A stretch of 64,000 nt of DNA from Eledone cirrhosa (taxonomy: Eukaryota), in assembly GCA_964016885.1 (NCBI GenBank), contig OZ024743.1, forward strand, positions 235,972,001 through 236,036,000, read 5' to 3'. The notes beneath the pieces were generated by a model. That model searched no databases. It saw nothing but the letters and a program-made list of their open reading frames with translations, and was not told the origin of the DNA. The stretch's first letter is position 1. The number at the start of each line of letters is the position of its first letter. This document shows positions 25,721 through 39,228 of this stretch, one piece after another. The position numbers were made by a program, and so were the translations under genes.

Positions 25721-25849
25721 TCATGTGACTGAATTGATCATGTTAACTGTAATAGGAATTGAAAGGGTTAAGCTAGAGAAAACCCAGCCAACCCATGTGA
25801 GTGTGGAAATACAGTAAAATGTTAATGATGGAGGTGGTAGTATCATTCT

Positions 25850-26085
25850 TATTCTTCACCCACATATTCGTGAGAGGGTCATGGGAGCAGAGTCCACAAA
25901 CACTCCTTCTAGCAGGTCCTGTCATAAGCAACTGTCTCCAACTAATCCAGCTGGATCCCCAAGCAAGACCAGCCAAGCTCATGGATGTTATCCAAAAATC
26001 TTGCTTAGAGTCTTCTGCTAGTTGGTTTTGCCCGTAAAATCTGTCCAGTGATTCTTTTCTGAGACATCTAACCACATGCCCATAG
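25850..26085 (-). mobile_element. Degraded 3' end of another LINE family; related piece at about 13340-13447
   Basis: Shared cacatattc(g/c)tgagagggtc...aacactcctt...ggtcctgtca...ggatcc sequence; LINE assignment inferred. Confidence 0.5.
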
Positions 26086-27039
26086 TATCAGAGCTGAGAT
26101 CTCTCAAATAATTAAGAAATAGCTTATTAATTAATTTAATTTAAATTAGTATTTAATGAATGCTAGTGTAAATTTTAACAAGTTTGAAGCAATCTATCAG
26201 TTCCAGCACTGAGTCACTAAAAGTAAAGATTGAGACATCTGAGAGTTTACAGGGTTTGATTAGTGGAATCAGTGACAATATAAAGTCTGAAAGGACAATT
26301 CTCTGTGACTAAACATTGTCACATCTCTAATGCTGGTCACACAAGAAAATGTACCTTGTCCATTCAGTAAAGTGGTACAATGATAAAATGCACCCAGTCC
26401 ACTCTGTAAAGCAGTAGTGCTTGTGTCAAGAAAAAACTCTCCCATATAGGGTGGGTATCCAGTTGTAGAGACCATGACAAATATGGAATGTAGTGGTAAG
26501 ATTGGTCACTCTAGCCAGTCTGGTGTCAGACCATAACAACTAAACCCATGCCAGAGTGGAATCAGAATATACAATGATGATGATATTTTTATAAAGGTTT
26601 AACAATCTGAAATATAATCTCATATTAATTCATCTCAGATCATCATCATTGTTTTTATAGTGAATGTTCTAACTGGTATGGGTTGGATGAGACTTTATGA
26701 GGCAATGTTTTACAGTCAGATGACCTTCCTGACACCAACCCCTTTTAGTCACTTCTTACATACAGGGATACAGTGTACCAATTCTAAACCAGATATTTAA
26801 ACATTTAGCAGGAAGATATTCAGAAAAACTGTCAACATTCTATGTAATCATCACCACCACCATCATCATCATATATCCACTTTCCACGCTAGCATGGGCC
26901 AAACAGGTTGTCACAACCAAAGGCCAGATGGGTCAGAACAAACCCATCTTTCTCATCTACTCCATATTTGGTAAGGTTTTTATCTGATTCTTTGTTGTGG
27001 GTTGGGGAGCTCCTATAGCTACTGAAGTTGCTGGGTCAT

Positions 27040-27163
27040 TGTTAGGTCAGGTGCCCTAGTAACAGAAGTTGTTAGGTCAGGTGCCCTAGTAACAGAAGTT
27101 GTTAGGTCAGGTGCCCTAGTAACAGAAGTTGATAGGTCAGGTGCCCTAGTAACAGAATTTGTT
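27040..27163. repeat. 30-bp tandem repeat (4 units)
   Basis: Unit gttaggtcaggtgccctagtaacagaagtt. Confidence 0.93.
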
Positions 27164-27489
27164 GGTGCCCCACCATGAGATGATTCAAAAGTGGTTGTGT
27201 CAGAATATCATCCAAGGACCATAGAAAATATTGAAAACTAATCCAAGACTTGTCAATATCTTCTCTTAGATGTTCCAACATCTTGTCTGTATGTTCATCT
27301 ATAATCTTTGTTTTGACAACTCACTGGTTTATACCACATTACTGGTGCTTCCCTGCTGTATGTTTTACACAATTGCCAGAGTATAATTGATCAAATTCTG
27401 TCATACCCTCCACTGGTCAACAGTCACTTCACTTTCACCATATAATTGTCATAGCAGTGGTATATCTCCCATATCAGTATATTGTCTGA

Positions 27490-28598
27490 CCTCCTGTGTT
27501 CATATAACCACTACATGGGCTACCATAGTTATGGTATACCTCCTGTCTATATAACCACTACATGGGCTATGATAGTTATGGTATACCTCCTGTCTATATA
27601 ACCACTACATGGGCTATGATAGTTATGGTATACCTCCTGTCTATATAACCACTACATGGGCTATGATAGTTATGGTATACCTCCTGTCTATATAACCACT
27701 ACATGGGCTACCATAGTTATGATATACCTCCTGTCTATATAACCACTACATCAGCTACCATAGTTATGGTATACCTCCTGTCTATATAACCACTACATGG
27801 GCTATGATAGTTATGGTATACCTCCTGTCTATATAACCACTACATGGGCTACGATAGTTATGGTATACCTCCTGTCTATATAACCACTACATGGGCTATG
27901 ATAGTTATGGTATACCTCCTGTCTATATAACCACTACATGGGCTATGATAGTTATGGTATACCTCCTGTCTATATAACCACTACATGGGCTACCATATTT
28001 ATGGTATATCTCCTGTCTATATAACCACTACATGGGCTATGATAGTTATGGTATACCTCCAGTCTATATAACCACTACATGGGCTATGATAGTTATGGTA
28101 TACCTCCTATCTATATAACCACTACATGAGCTACCATAGTTATGGTATACCTCCTGTCTATATAACCACTACATGAGCTACCATAGTTATGGTATACCTC
28201 CTGTCTATATAACCACTACATCAGCTACCATAGTTATGGTATACCTCCTGTCTATATAACCACTACATGGGCTACCATAGTTATGGTAAATCTGTCTATA
28301 TAACCACTACATCAGCTACCATAGTTATGGTATATCTCCTGTCTATATAACCACTACATGGGCTACCATAGTTATGGTATACCCTCTGTCTATATAACCA
28401 CTACATGAGCTACCATAGTTATGGTATATCTCCCGTCTATATAACCACTACATGGTCTACCATAGTTATGGTATACCCTCTGTCTATATAACCACTACAT
28501 GAGCTACCATAGTTATGGTATATCTCCTGTCTATATAACCACTACATGGGCTACCATAGTTATGGTATACCTCCCGTCTATATAACCACTACATCAGC
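27490..28598. repeat. 47-bp minisatellite (about 23 units)
   Basis: Unit ataaccactacatgggcta(tg/cc)atagttatggtatacctcctgtctat. Confidence 0.97.
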
Positions 28599-28789
28599 TG
28601 CCAGTTGTGGCTTTCTTCATATCTCCTTTTGTTAACCAGTCTCAAGTTAGAACACTTCCAACTTCTAAATACCATATTCAGTATTCATAAAGAATACTCC
28701 CTACATTTTTCTCCATTTTTTATTTCCTACTTTCCATTATATCTATATTGCAGGCTTTATTGTCCCTTCTTTATTCCCAGCTCTCAACA

Positions 28790-28968
28790 GGCAGTATCAG
28801 TAGAGGGTCGGACGCCATGCTTTCCAGCATAGTTACGTCTCTTAACGATCTGAGTTCAAATCGCGCCGAGGTTGACTTTGCCTTTCATCCTTACGTGGTC
28901 GATAAAATAAAGTAGCAGTAATACACTGGTTAATTTCTGGCATTGTGCCAAAAGTAAAAACAATTATT
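28790..28968 (+). mobile_element. SINE family A copy
   Basis: Matches 14719-14898. Confidence 0.85.
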
Positions 28969-29519
28969 AACATTATTATATGATGTTACTGTATTACTGA
29001 GCACAGCACCATGTGCCTTGGGTATGTGCAGGGCTTTTTTTTTTGGGGGGGGGGGGGGGGGGGTTATTCTATCAGTTGAGTTTAAAGTACTCTATGTAAT
29101 ATGTATATAGTATCTAATAGTTCTGTTATGTAATATGTATATAGTATCTAATAGTGTTGTTATGTAATCCATGTAATATGTATATAGTACCTAATAGTGT
29201 TGTTATGTAATCTATGTAATATGTATGTTTTGATTCACCCATGAAATATATTGCAGTGATTTAAACCAAGAATACTACAGTTAATGGAACAAGTTCAAAG
29301 TCTGAAAAACCAGTCATGCAATCATCCAGTTTTATAAATATGTTTTATATCTTATTTTACATGACATCATTTCAAATTTCCTAGTTTAGTTCATATTTTT
29401 TTAATTATTGTAAAGTATTTTTAGAAATATTTCGAATATTGTCAGATCTAGGCCAACTAGCATACAATATATTGTTATACATTTGTGAAGAAATCTAGCA
29501 ATTATTATTTCATCGTGAA

Positions 29520-29700
29520 TTGGCAGTATCGGTAGAGGGCTGGACGCCATGCTTTCTAGCATAGTTACGTCCCTTTACAGTCTGAGTTCAAATCCCGCCG
29601 AGGTTAACTTTGCTTTCATCCTTACGGGGTCGATAAAATAAAGTACCAGTAATGTACTGGGTAATTGCTGGCCTTGTGCCTAAAGTAGAAACAATTATTT
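29520..29700 (+). mobile_element. SINE family A copy
   Basis: Matches 14719-14898. Confidence 0.87.
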
Positions 29701-29888
29701 CATCAACCCAATTCACAGTTATCATCATCATCATGTGTATGTTGCTGGTCCATACTTGAGGCAATATTCTCTATGGGTGAATGCCCTTCTTAACACCTAC
29801 ATGTACTTTTATATGTATAGTATATATAACCTTTGGCAGTGCTGAGCTGTGGGATATATTATCTAGTCAGGATATAAACAAGTTTTAA

Positions 29889-30119
29889 CCTCTTCATCAC
29901 CACATTTCTAATAAAATACACTCTATTTCAATTAACTAAGAGAAATTTTGAGGGATTTACTAAAATTATTAATTATTTCATTACTAAGATAGTAACTTAA
30001 TGTAAGGTTCTTATATAAAATTATGTTGGAAGATTTTAATTCAAATTAGAAACCTTTAAAGTGGGTAGTTTTGTTTCATAGAACCAGAGCTGGTTTGGGC
30101 TGTGTTGGTAACTAAAGGG
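29889..30119. mobile_element. piggyBac-type MITE (old); partial relatives at about 31880-32167 and 38700-38793
   Basis: TTAA|cctcttcatcacca ... tggtaactaaaggg|TTAA. Confidence 0.55.
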
Positions 30120-30614
30120 TTAAAATGATATGAAGACACACAAGGAAACAAACGTGCATGCACACCCACACACACACATGTGTATATATATATATATATA
30201 TATATTTATTTTTTATTTCAAGTTGCGACAGTAAACAGAAAGCAAAAAAAACGTGGAAGCGAAGAGGTAGTACAAATGTTATTATTAGTTTCACATATAT
30301 TTGCACATACATACACATGCAATGGGTTTACTCAATTTTTGTTTACCAAATTCCCTCAGCTTCAGACATTAATAGAAAACACTTGCCTAAGGTGCTACAC
30401 AATAGGATTGAACTAAAAACTGTGATGTTAAGAAACACCTATATATACACCTGAGATATAGGTGTTAGGAAGGGCAGCTGTAGTAACCATTCATGCCAAA
30501 AGTGGGACATACAAGGGAAACATGGTCATTCCCTCTCCAAACTAAGAGGGTGAAACCATGATAATAAACTGTCTCAGATCCTATCATCAATTAACATCCT
30601 TTTATTCATTCTAG

Positions 30615-31792
30615 CATAGGTTAGATGGGTTGTTACAAACCAAGTCAGCACTTGATCAGATGGGCTGGGAGGTCACATAGGTTAGATGGGTTGCTACAAA
30701 CCAAGTCAGCACTTGATCAGATGGGCTGGGAGGTCACATAGGTTAGATGGGTTGTTACAGATCAAGTCAGCACTTGATCAGATAGGCTGGGAGGTCACAT
30801 AGGTTAGATGGGTTGCTACAAACCAAGTCAGCACTTGATCAGATGGGCTGGGAGGTCACATAGGTTAGATGGGTTGTTACAGATCAAGTCAGCACTTGAT
30901 CAGATAGGCTGGGAGGTCGAGGTCACATAGGCTAGATGGGTTGTTACAAACCAAGTCAGCACTTGATCGGATGGGCTGGGAGGTCACATAGGTTAGATGG
31001 GTTGTTACAGATCAAGTCAGCACTTGATCAGATGGGCTGGGAGGTCACATAGGTTAGATGGGTTGCTACAAACCAAGTCAGCACTTGATCAGATGGGCTG
31101 GGAGGTCACATAGGTTAGATGGGTTGTTACAGATCAAGTCAGCACTTGATCAGATAGGCTGGGAGGTCACATAGGTTAGATGGGTTGCTACAAACCAAGT
31201 CAGCACTTGATCAGATGGGCTGGGAGGTCACATAGGTTAGATGGGTTGTTACAGATCAAGTCAGCACTTGATCAGATAGGCTGGGAGGTCGAGGTCACAT
31301 AGGCTAGATGGGTTGTTACAAACCAAGTCAGCACTTGATCGGATGGGCTGGGAGGTCACATAGGTTAGATGGGTTGTTACAGATCAAGTCAGCACTTGAT
31401 CAGATAGGCTGGGAGGTCACATAGGTTAGATGGGTTGTTACAGATCAAGTCAGCACTTGATCAGATAGGCTGGGAGGTCGAGGTCACATAGGCTAGATGG
31501 GTTGTTACAAACCAAGTCAGCACTTGATCAGATGGGCTGGGAGGTCACATAGGTTAGATGGGTTGCTACAAACCAAGTCAGCACTTGATCAGATGGGCTG
31601 GGAGGTCACATAGGTTAGATGGGTTGTTACAGATCAAGTCAGCACTTGATCAGATAGGCTGGGAGGTCACATAGGTTAGATGGGTTGCTACAAACCAAGT
31701 CAGCACTTGATCAGATGGGCTGGGAGGTCACATAGGTTAGATGGGTTGTTACAGATCAAGTCAGCACTTGATCAGATAGGCTGGGGGTCACA
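30615..31792. repeat. 61-bp minisatellite (about 19 units) derived from an RTE/SINE tail
   Basis: Unit cataggttagatgggttgttacaaaccaagtcagcacttgatcagatgggctgggaggtca; starts with tagcataggttagatgggttgt, resembling the reverse complement of the RTE 3' end (tagcatgggttagacgggttgt). Confidence 0.93.
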
Positions 31793-32169
31793 TCTTGCTT
31801 ATGTAAATTTCTCACTTTACAGGACATTCTAGAAGCATTTTGTTGTGGCACGAGCACCAGGGAGAACAACATTTTCAGAAATTTATTAAAAGTATTAATT
31901 ATTTCATTTCTAAAATAGTAACTTAAGATATGGTTCTTAAATAAAAAATTATGTTGGAAGATTTTAGTTTAAGATCCCTAGCCTGCCTGGGAGATCAGTG
32001 GCTCAGCTTCATACTGACTTAGTCCTTGTAGACCTGTCCAACCCATGCTAACAGCGAAAGCAGACATTAAAACAACAAATGTTAATAGGAACTCTTTAAA
32101 ATGGATGGTTCTGTTTTACACAACCAGAGCCAGCTTATGGTGGGTAGGTTGGTAATACAAGGGTTAAAA

Positions 32170-32535
32170 TGTGTGAGTGTGTATGTGTGCATGTATGGTG
32201 TTTATGTGTGTGCATGTATGGTGTGTGTATGTGTGTGTGTGTATGTATGTGCATGCATGGTGTGTATGTATGATGTTTGTATGTGTATGTATGGTGTATG
32301 TGTGCATGTATGGTGTGCATGTATGGTGTATGTGTATGTATGGTGTGTGTATGTGTGTATGTATGGTGTATGTGCATGTATGGTGTGTGTATGTATGGTG
32401 TGTATGGGTGATGTGTGAGTATGTATGGTGTATGTGTATGTGTGGTGTGTGTATGTGTGTGTGTATGTGTGGTGTGTATGTATGGTGTGTGTATGTATGA
32501 TGTGTATGTGTGATGTGTGTGTGTGATGTGTGTGC
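32170..32535. repeat. (TG/TATG)n microsatellite
   Basis: Seen directly. Confidence 0.95.
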
Positions 32536-32544
32536 ACATAGCAC

Positions 32545-32691
32545 AAAACATCTGCAGTCTATGCACAAAGGTGCAGAATATAAGTGCAGACTCCAGTTAA
32601 TACCTACCTTGACTTTACACCTGACAATAGGTATGCACAGTGACTCTGCAGTTTACATTCTGCACCATTGTGCATAGTCTGCAGATGTTTT
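32545..32691. mobile_element. MITE-like fold-back element (about 45-bp arms)
   Basis: aaaacatctgcagtctatgcacaaaggtgcagaat ... attctgcaccattgtgcatagtctgcagatgtttt. Confidence 0.65.
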
Positions 32692-33524
32692 CACACCTAA
32701 TGTAGCATAAATGATGCATGTGTGAATCTATAATAATATTTTATGTATCATCATCATCGTTTAACATCTATTTTTCCAATCTAGCATGGGTTAGACGAGT
32801 TATCCCATTGTGACCATGTTTGCTCATGCAGAACTGGTTCTGGCTTGTTTTCTACAGCTGGATGCCCTTCCTAATGCCAACCATTTTACAATGTGTGCTG
32901 GGTGCTTTTTGTCGTGACACCTACACAACCACTTTATATATACACATTATATATACTGTATATATATTCTTCTATTCTTTGAGTTTCTATAGTCTATTCA
33001 GATTGTACTTTAAAGTTGTCTAAACCTGAAGGGGTAAAGAAAGCTACATTGATATGGGGCTGTTAAAAGTTCCACGGATCATGTATGGAATATATTAAAA
33101 TATATTGAACCAGAGAAATCTTACCAGATAAAGGGTCGAGAGGACCCTTCAGCCATGTCTAGCATCCGACAACCTCAGTAGATAAAGCAAGACACAGATC
33201 CCTGCCCTGCCTGGGAGATCAATGGCTCCACTTCAGTAGAGACTTGGTCTCTGTAGACCTGTCTAACCCATGCTAGCAGGGAAAGTGGATGATAAAACAA
33301 TTATGCTGTTCGTTTACGTATGGAGCTGTGCCCAGGGAAGAGGTTAGGGGGATTAGTGACAAAGATAAGCTTAATAGAAGATAACGAAGCAGTTTAATTA
33401 AGTCTGCGTAGTTTATAATTGGTCGTTAGAAATTAGTATAAAACTGATAAAATTGTTGAGATGTTAGAGGCCATGTGGATAAGAGGAGGAGAGAGAGGAC
33501 ATCATTTACATATTTAGTTACAAA

Positions 33525-33783
33525 CATCTTCATTATCACCATAGCCACCATTATCATTATCATCATCACCATAGCCACCATCATCATTATCATCGCCACC
33601 ATCACCATCATCATCATTTTCATCACCACCATCACCATTATCATTATCACCACAGCCATCATCACCACCATCACCATTATCACTACCAACACTATAACCA
33701 TCATCATCAGCCCCACCACCACCACCCTCATCAACTGTACCGCCATCTCCACCCCCACCCCCACTACGATCCCCCTCCCCACC
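33525..33783. repeat. (CAT/CAC)n microsatellite
   Basis: Seen directly. Confidence 0.93.
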
Positions 33784-34034
33784 TTACAACTGTGTTAATA
33801 TCTATTGATTATAATAAATGTGTTTTAGCCCAAGGTGAGACTGGAGCTAACAAACCTATGATTGCTACAACTGTAACAATACTCTCTATGTTTCTGTCTC
33901 AGGCACCGTGTATCTTGTACTACATTGGCCAATGTGTTCCTAACACAAGACAGCAGGTCATATTATAATAATGTTTCTACTATTGGCACAAGGCCAGCAA
34001 TTACCCCAGTGCATTACTGGTGCTTTGGGATTAG

Positions 34035-34160
34035 AATAATAATAATAACAGTGATGATAATAATTAAAATTATTGTGTACAATGCTCAGGTGCACTGCAA
34101 CTCATCAAATGTGCATGTTTAGTACATAGAATAATGTACAAATGTCAGGAAAGTGAGCAG
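34035..34160 (-). mobile_element. CR1 3' UTR fragment
   Basis: Reverse complement of 4065-4173, including the (ATT)n tail. Confidence 0.85.
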
Positions 34161-34212
34161 TCAGATACACAATAGATACAACACTGAGGCCTTTCATGTA
34201 TATATATGATTA

Positions 34213-35083
34213 TCATAATCTATAAAGCTCAGTGTATGGTCATGCTCCTTTGTTATAGAAATCTACGATATAGAACTTCTTCAATTGAAATTTACAATTC
34301 AGTATTCGAAATACCTTCGATTGGGTCTTGGCACATATAATTTTTTCAATTTCACCCACAATTACGCAAAAAATCTATAAAACTCAATATTTTACGATTT
34401 TCCTCTCTCATTTCAAGTGCTAAACTCTATCAATTACCCTTCAAAATCTATACAACTTCATACTTTCTGCTACTTTCTCTTTCCAAGCTGAAACAACACG
34501 TAAAATGAAACTAAATTATTCTTTTCATTTTACATTGTTCATGTTGATGGTGATACTGTCCGTTTTACTCTCTCATATCATCTGCTTCCCTCTATCTACA
34601 ACCCACACATTTTTCACCGTTAGCAGCTACGCGCATCTTTTAAAAATGTGAGTTACAATGTTTTTCAATCGTTTTAACTTTTAGTTGCTTCAAACTTAAT
34701 GATTTATTTACAAACACATACAAACACACACTCACATAAATTGATAAAAAAAAATTTAAAGCAATTAAACAACATGCGGGATTTATAACCACAAATACAC
34801 ACTTCATTAAAAAATGAACTAATAATTTGCGACAATTCTTTTCTTTAAATCGTAAAATTAAACGACATAATTATTTTCATTTTCGGCTGTTAATTTTCAT
34901 GGGGATACTAAACAACTCCTGACCCAGAGGACGTCATCAACTATCTGTAAAGCTATGTAGCAGGTAAAAGGCTATGTAGTCAGTACGATGTTATATAGCA
35001 TAAAAAGTTTATATAACCGGTAAATGTTATGTCGCCGTTAGCATGTGTGTGTGTTGGATTTTAGTCTTCAAATTTATTATTAT

Positions 35084-35135
<52 letters not shown>

Positions 35136-35274
35136 GTATACAGATATTTTTGCATACACAGTAACAACATATAAACAAACGCATTTATTTGACGAGGCTC
35201 GATAAGGATAAATAGATATCAAATATATAAGAACCCTAGAGCAAATCCCGAGCAACGCCGGGCCATTCTGCTAG
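34213..35274 (+). mobile_element. Non-autonomous Helitron
   Basis: A|TC 5' end (TCATAATCTATAAAGC), subterminal hairpin cccgagcaacgccggg, 3' CTAG|T. First 275 bp or so shared with 61832-63027. Confidence 0.85.
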
Positions 35275-35280
35275 TGTATG

Positions 35281-35875
35281 ATAATAATGAAATTATTGTG
35301 TACAGTGCTCAGGTGCACTACAACTCATCAAAGGTGCATGTATAGTACATAGAATAATATACAAATGTCAGGGAAGTGAATAGTGTATGAGTCATGATAT
35401 ACATGTGTGTGTGTATGGAGGCGGAATATCAGGTGTAGTGTTGGCGAATCTCAGGAAGCATGGAGGTTTTAAAGGATGCAGTGTCTCGACAGCTAACAAC
35501 TGATGCAGGTAGTTTGTTCCATGATTCAGCAACTCTGAGCGTGAAAAAATGTTTCTGAAAGTCATGGGAGCTGTGCTGTTTTCTGACTTTGTAGGCATGC
35601 CCACATGTGTTAGACACATGGAAGTCAAAAAGGTACTCAGGGTTGTTGTTGGCAAGATGGTTAATAATTTTGTGGGTGTTTACCAAGTCAGTTGCCAGGC
35701 ATCGGAGCTTCAATGTATCCATGCCCAGGGAAGCAAGACGTTCAGAGTATGGTAGATGCCTGATAGAGGGTATTCGCTTGGTTGCACGTCTCTGAACAGT
35801 TTCCAGGCGGTCAATGTTTTGAGCAAGATAGGGGTTCCAGACTGGTGAAGCAAATTCTAAATGTGACCTCACCAT
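35281..35875 (-). mobile_element. 5'-truncated CR1 copy (same family as 470-4173)
   Basis: HLEFASPVWNPY...VQRRATK...FFTLRVAESWNKLP plus the matching 3' UTR. Confidence 0.93.
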
Positions 35876-35900
35876 CAACATAAACATATCCCTTCATATG

Positions 35901-38179
35901 TACCTCTATTATGAACCATGTTAGGTTAGTGTTACCACTGTTATGAACTATGCTAGGTTAGTGGTACCTCTGTAATGAACTATGCTAGGTTAGTGTTACC
36001 TCTATTATGAACTATGCTAGGTTAGTGTTACCACTGTTATGAACTATGCTAGGTTAGTGTTACCTCTGTTATGAACTATGCTAGGTTAGTGTTACCTCTG
36101 TTATGAACTATGCTAGGTTAGTGTTACCACTGTTATGAACCATGCTAGGTTAGTGTTACCTCTATTATGAACCATGCTAGGTTAGTATTACCTCTGTTAT
36201 GAACTATGCTAGGTTAGTGTTACCACTGTTATGAACTATGCTAGGTTAGTGTTACCTCTATTATGAACTATGCTAGGTTAGTGTTACCACTGTTATGAAC
36301 TATGCTAGGTTAGTGTTACCTGTATTATGAACTATGCTAGGTTAGTGTTACCACTGTTATGAACCATGCTAGGTTAGTGTTACCTCTATTATGAACCATG
36401 CTAGGTTAGTGTTACCTCTGTTATGAACTATGCTAGGTTAGTGTTACCTCTATTATGAACTATGCTAGGTTAGTGTTACCACTGTTATGAACTATGCTAG
36501 GTTAGTGTTACTTCTGTTATGAACCATGCTAGGTTAGTGTTACCTGTATTATGAACTATGCTAGGTTAGTGTTACCTCTGTTATGAACTATGCTAGGTTA
36601 GTGTTACCTCTGTTATGAACCATGCTAGGTTAGTGTTACCTGTTATGAACTATGCTAGGTTAGTGTTACCTGTTATGAACTATGCTAGGTTAGTGTTACC
36701 TGTTATAAACTATGCTAGGTTAGTGTTACCTCTGTTATGAACCATGCTAGGTTAGTGTTACCTGTATTATGAACAATGCTAGGTTAGTGTTACCTGTATT
36801 ATGAACAATGCTAGGTTAGTGTTACCTCTATTATGAACCATGCTAGGTTAGTGTTACCTGTATTATGAACCATGCTAGGTTAGTGTTACCTGTATTATGA
36901 ACAATGCTAGGTTAGTGTTACCTCTGTTATGAACTATGCTAGGTTAGTGTTACCTCTGTTATGAACCATGCTAGGTTAGTGTTACCTGTTATGAACTATG
37001 CTAGGTTAGTGTTACCTGTATTATGAACCATGCTAGGTTAGTGTTACCTGTATTATGACCAATGCTAGGTTAGTGTTACCTGTATTATGAACAATGCTAG
37101 GTTAGTGTTACCTGTATTATGAACAATGCTAGGTTAGTGTTACCTGTATTATGAACAATGCTAGGTTAGTGTTACCTGTATTATGAACAATGCTAGGTTA
37201 GTGTTACCTGTATTATGAACCATGCTAGGTTAGTGTTACCTGTATTATGAACAATGCTAGGTTAGTGTTACCTGTATTATGAACAATGCTAGGTTAGTGT
37301 TACCTGTATTATGAACAATGCTAGGTTAGTGTTACCTATATTATGAACAATGCTAGGTTAGTGTTACCTGTATTATGAACAATGCTAGGTTAGTGTTACC
37401 TGTATTATGAACAATGCTAGGTTAGTGTTACCTGTATTATGAACAATGCTAGGTTAGTGTTACCTGTATTATGAACCATGCTAGGTTAGTGTTACCTGTA
37501 TTATGAACAATGCTAGGTTAGTGTTACCTCTGTTATGAACTATGCTAGGTTAGTGTTACCTCTGTTATGAACCATGCTAGGTTAGTGTTACCTGTTATGA
37601 ACTATGCTAGGTTAGTGTTACCTGTATTATGAACAATGCTAGGTTAGTGTTACCTGTATTATGAACAATGCTAGGTTAGTGTTACCTGTATTATGAACCA
37701 TGCTAGGTTAGTGTTACCTGTATTATGAACAATGCTAGGTTAGTGTTACCTCTGTTATGAACTATGCTAGGTTAGTGTTACCTCTGTTATGAACCATGCT
37801 AGGTTAGTGTTACCTGTTATGAACTATGCTAGGTTAGTGTTACCTGTATTATGAACCATGCTAGGTTAGTGTTACCTGTATTACGAACAATGCTAGGTTA
37901 GTGTTACCTGTATTATGAACAATGCTAGGTTAGTGTTACCTGTATTATGAACAATGCTAGGTTAGTGTTACCTGTATTGTGAACAATGCTAGGTTAGTGT
38001 TACCTGTATTATGAACAATGCTAGGTTAGTGTTACCTGTATTATGAACTATGCTAGGTTAGTGTTACCTGTATTATGAACCAGGCTAGGTTAGTGATCTA
38101 GGTTAGTGTTACCTCTGTTATGAACCATGCTAGGTTAGTGATCTAGGTTAGTGTTACCTGTTATGAACCATGCTAGGTT
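35901..38179. repeat. 32-bp minisatellite (about 70 units)
   Basis: Unit ttatgaac(t/c/a)atgctaggttagtgttacct(ctg/gta). Confidence 0.98.
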
Positions 38180-38312
38180 TTAAACTGGAATCATGTCACA
38201 GCTATCTCACTCAAGAAACACATGGCTGCTGAGATAGATGATATGGTTTAAAACAATAATAGCAAGGCTCATGTATGTATACTATACATAAACATATATA
38301 TACATATATATA

Positions 38313-38655
38313 AAAGCCGACCGTACCCAATTACACCTCTCAAAGGCGATGGCACACAACCGTGAGCTCTGGCGTCACGCAGTAATACAGAAGACCCGAC
38401 CCCCCCACGGGTACAAGCTGAAGGATATAGACAATATGCCCCCACACCCTCCCACTGCAAAAAAGCACCCAGCACTCACTGTAAATGAGGTTGGTGTTAG
38501 GAAGGGCATCCAGCTGCAGAAATCAAGCCAGAATCAGTTCCTGTATGAGCAAGACATGGTCAACTGACCGGACGCTGCCCACAACAGGACAACCCGTCTA
38601 ACCCATGCTAGTGTGGAAGAACAGACGTAAAACGGTGATGATAATGATGATGATG
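38313..38655 (+). mobile_element. Short 3' RTE fragment
   Basis: ORF end ELWRHAVIQKTRPP, 3' UTR and (GAT)n tail. Confidence 0.88.
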
Positions 38656-38927
38656 AATCTTTGTGTTCTGAACGTCAGAAAATTAAGGAGAAAGTTATAT
38701 TACTAAACCTATCCAAGTTCTTGATTATTTTCGAAATTAATTGAAAAATAATAAGCAGCGTCTTTCATTAGAAATGTGGTAATGACAGGGTTAGAGAACT
38801 TCCACTTAATTCTATGTGGTTCGATTCACCTAGTGTTTAGGGATGTTACCTATGAAAGGAAGTTTTCCATTCCAGAGAGAGACTTTCCTCTGATCTACTT
38901 AAAATCAAAACTCTAACAGCCTAGTGA

Positions 38928-39228
38928 AGGAGCATGGCTTAGTGGTTAGAGCATTGGAGCTTGCAATCGGGAGGTTGTGAGTTCAATTCTCTGTCTTGAG
39001 CAAGACACTTTCTTTCACATTGCTCCAGTTTACTTAGCTGTAGAAATGAGTTATGACGTCGCTGGTGCCAAACTGTATCAGCCATTATCTTTCTCTTGGA
39101 CAACAACATGGCGGAGAGGGGGGGGGGTATGACTATTGGTCTTCCGCGGACACATCTTGCCCAGGCTTGTGTCTCATATGGGAACTTTCTAGGTGTAAAT
39201 CCTATGATCACTGGAGACTATAACCCTT
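38928..39228 (+). mobile_element. tRNA-headed SINE with the family B head but a different 3' half
   Basis: TGGCTTAGTGGTTAGAGC...GAGTTCAATTC...cacattgctccagtttac, then a tail unlike the RTE tail. Confidence 0.75.

Noticed and set aside
32992-33033. Possible micro-exon YSDCTLKLSKPEG on the plus strand
   Set aside because: Splice-like signals of this quality arise by chance in AT-rich DNA; unsupported without transcripts.
33903-33956. Exon-like segment after tttctgtctcag
   Set aside because: Poor donor (gtcata), and the sequence looks like part of an old dispersed repeat.
38933-39000. tRNA gene
   Set aside because: A and B boxes are present but there is no complete acceptor stem, and it continues into a multicopy body; it is a SINE head.
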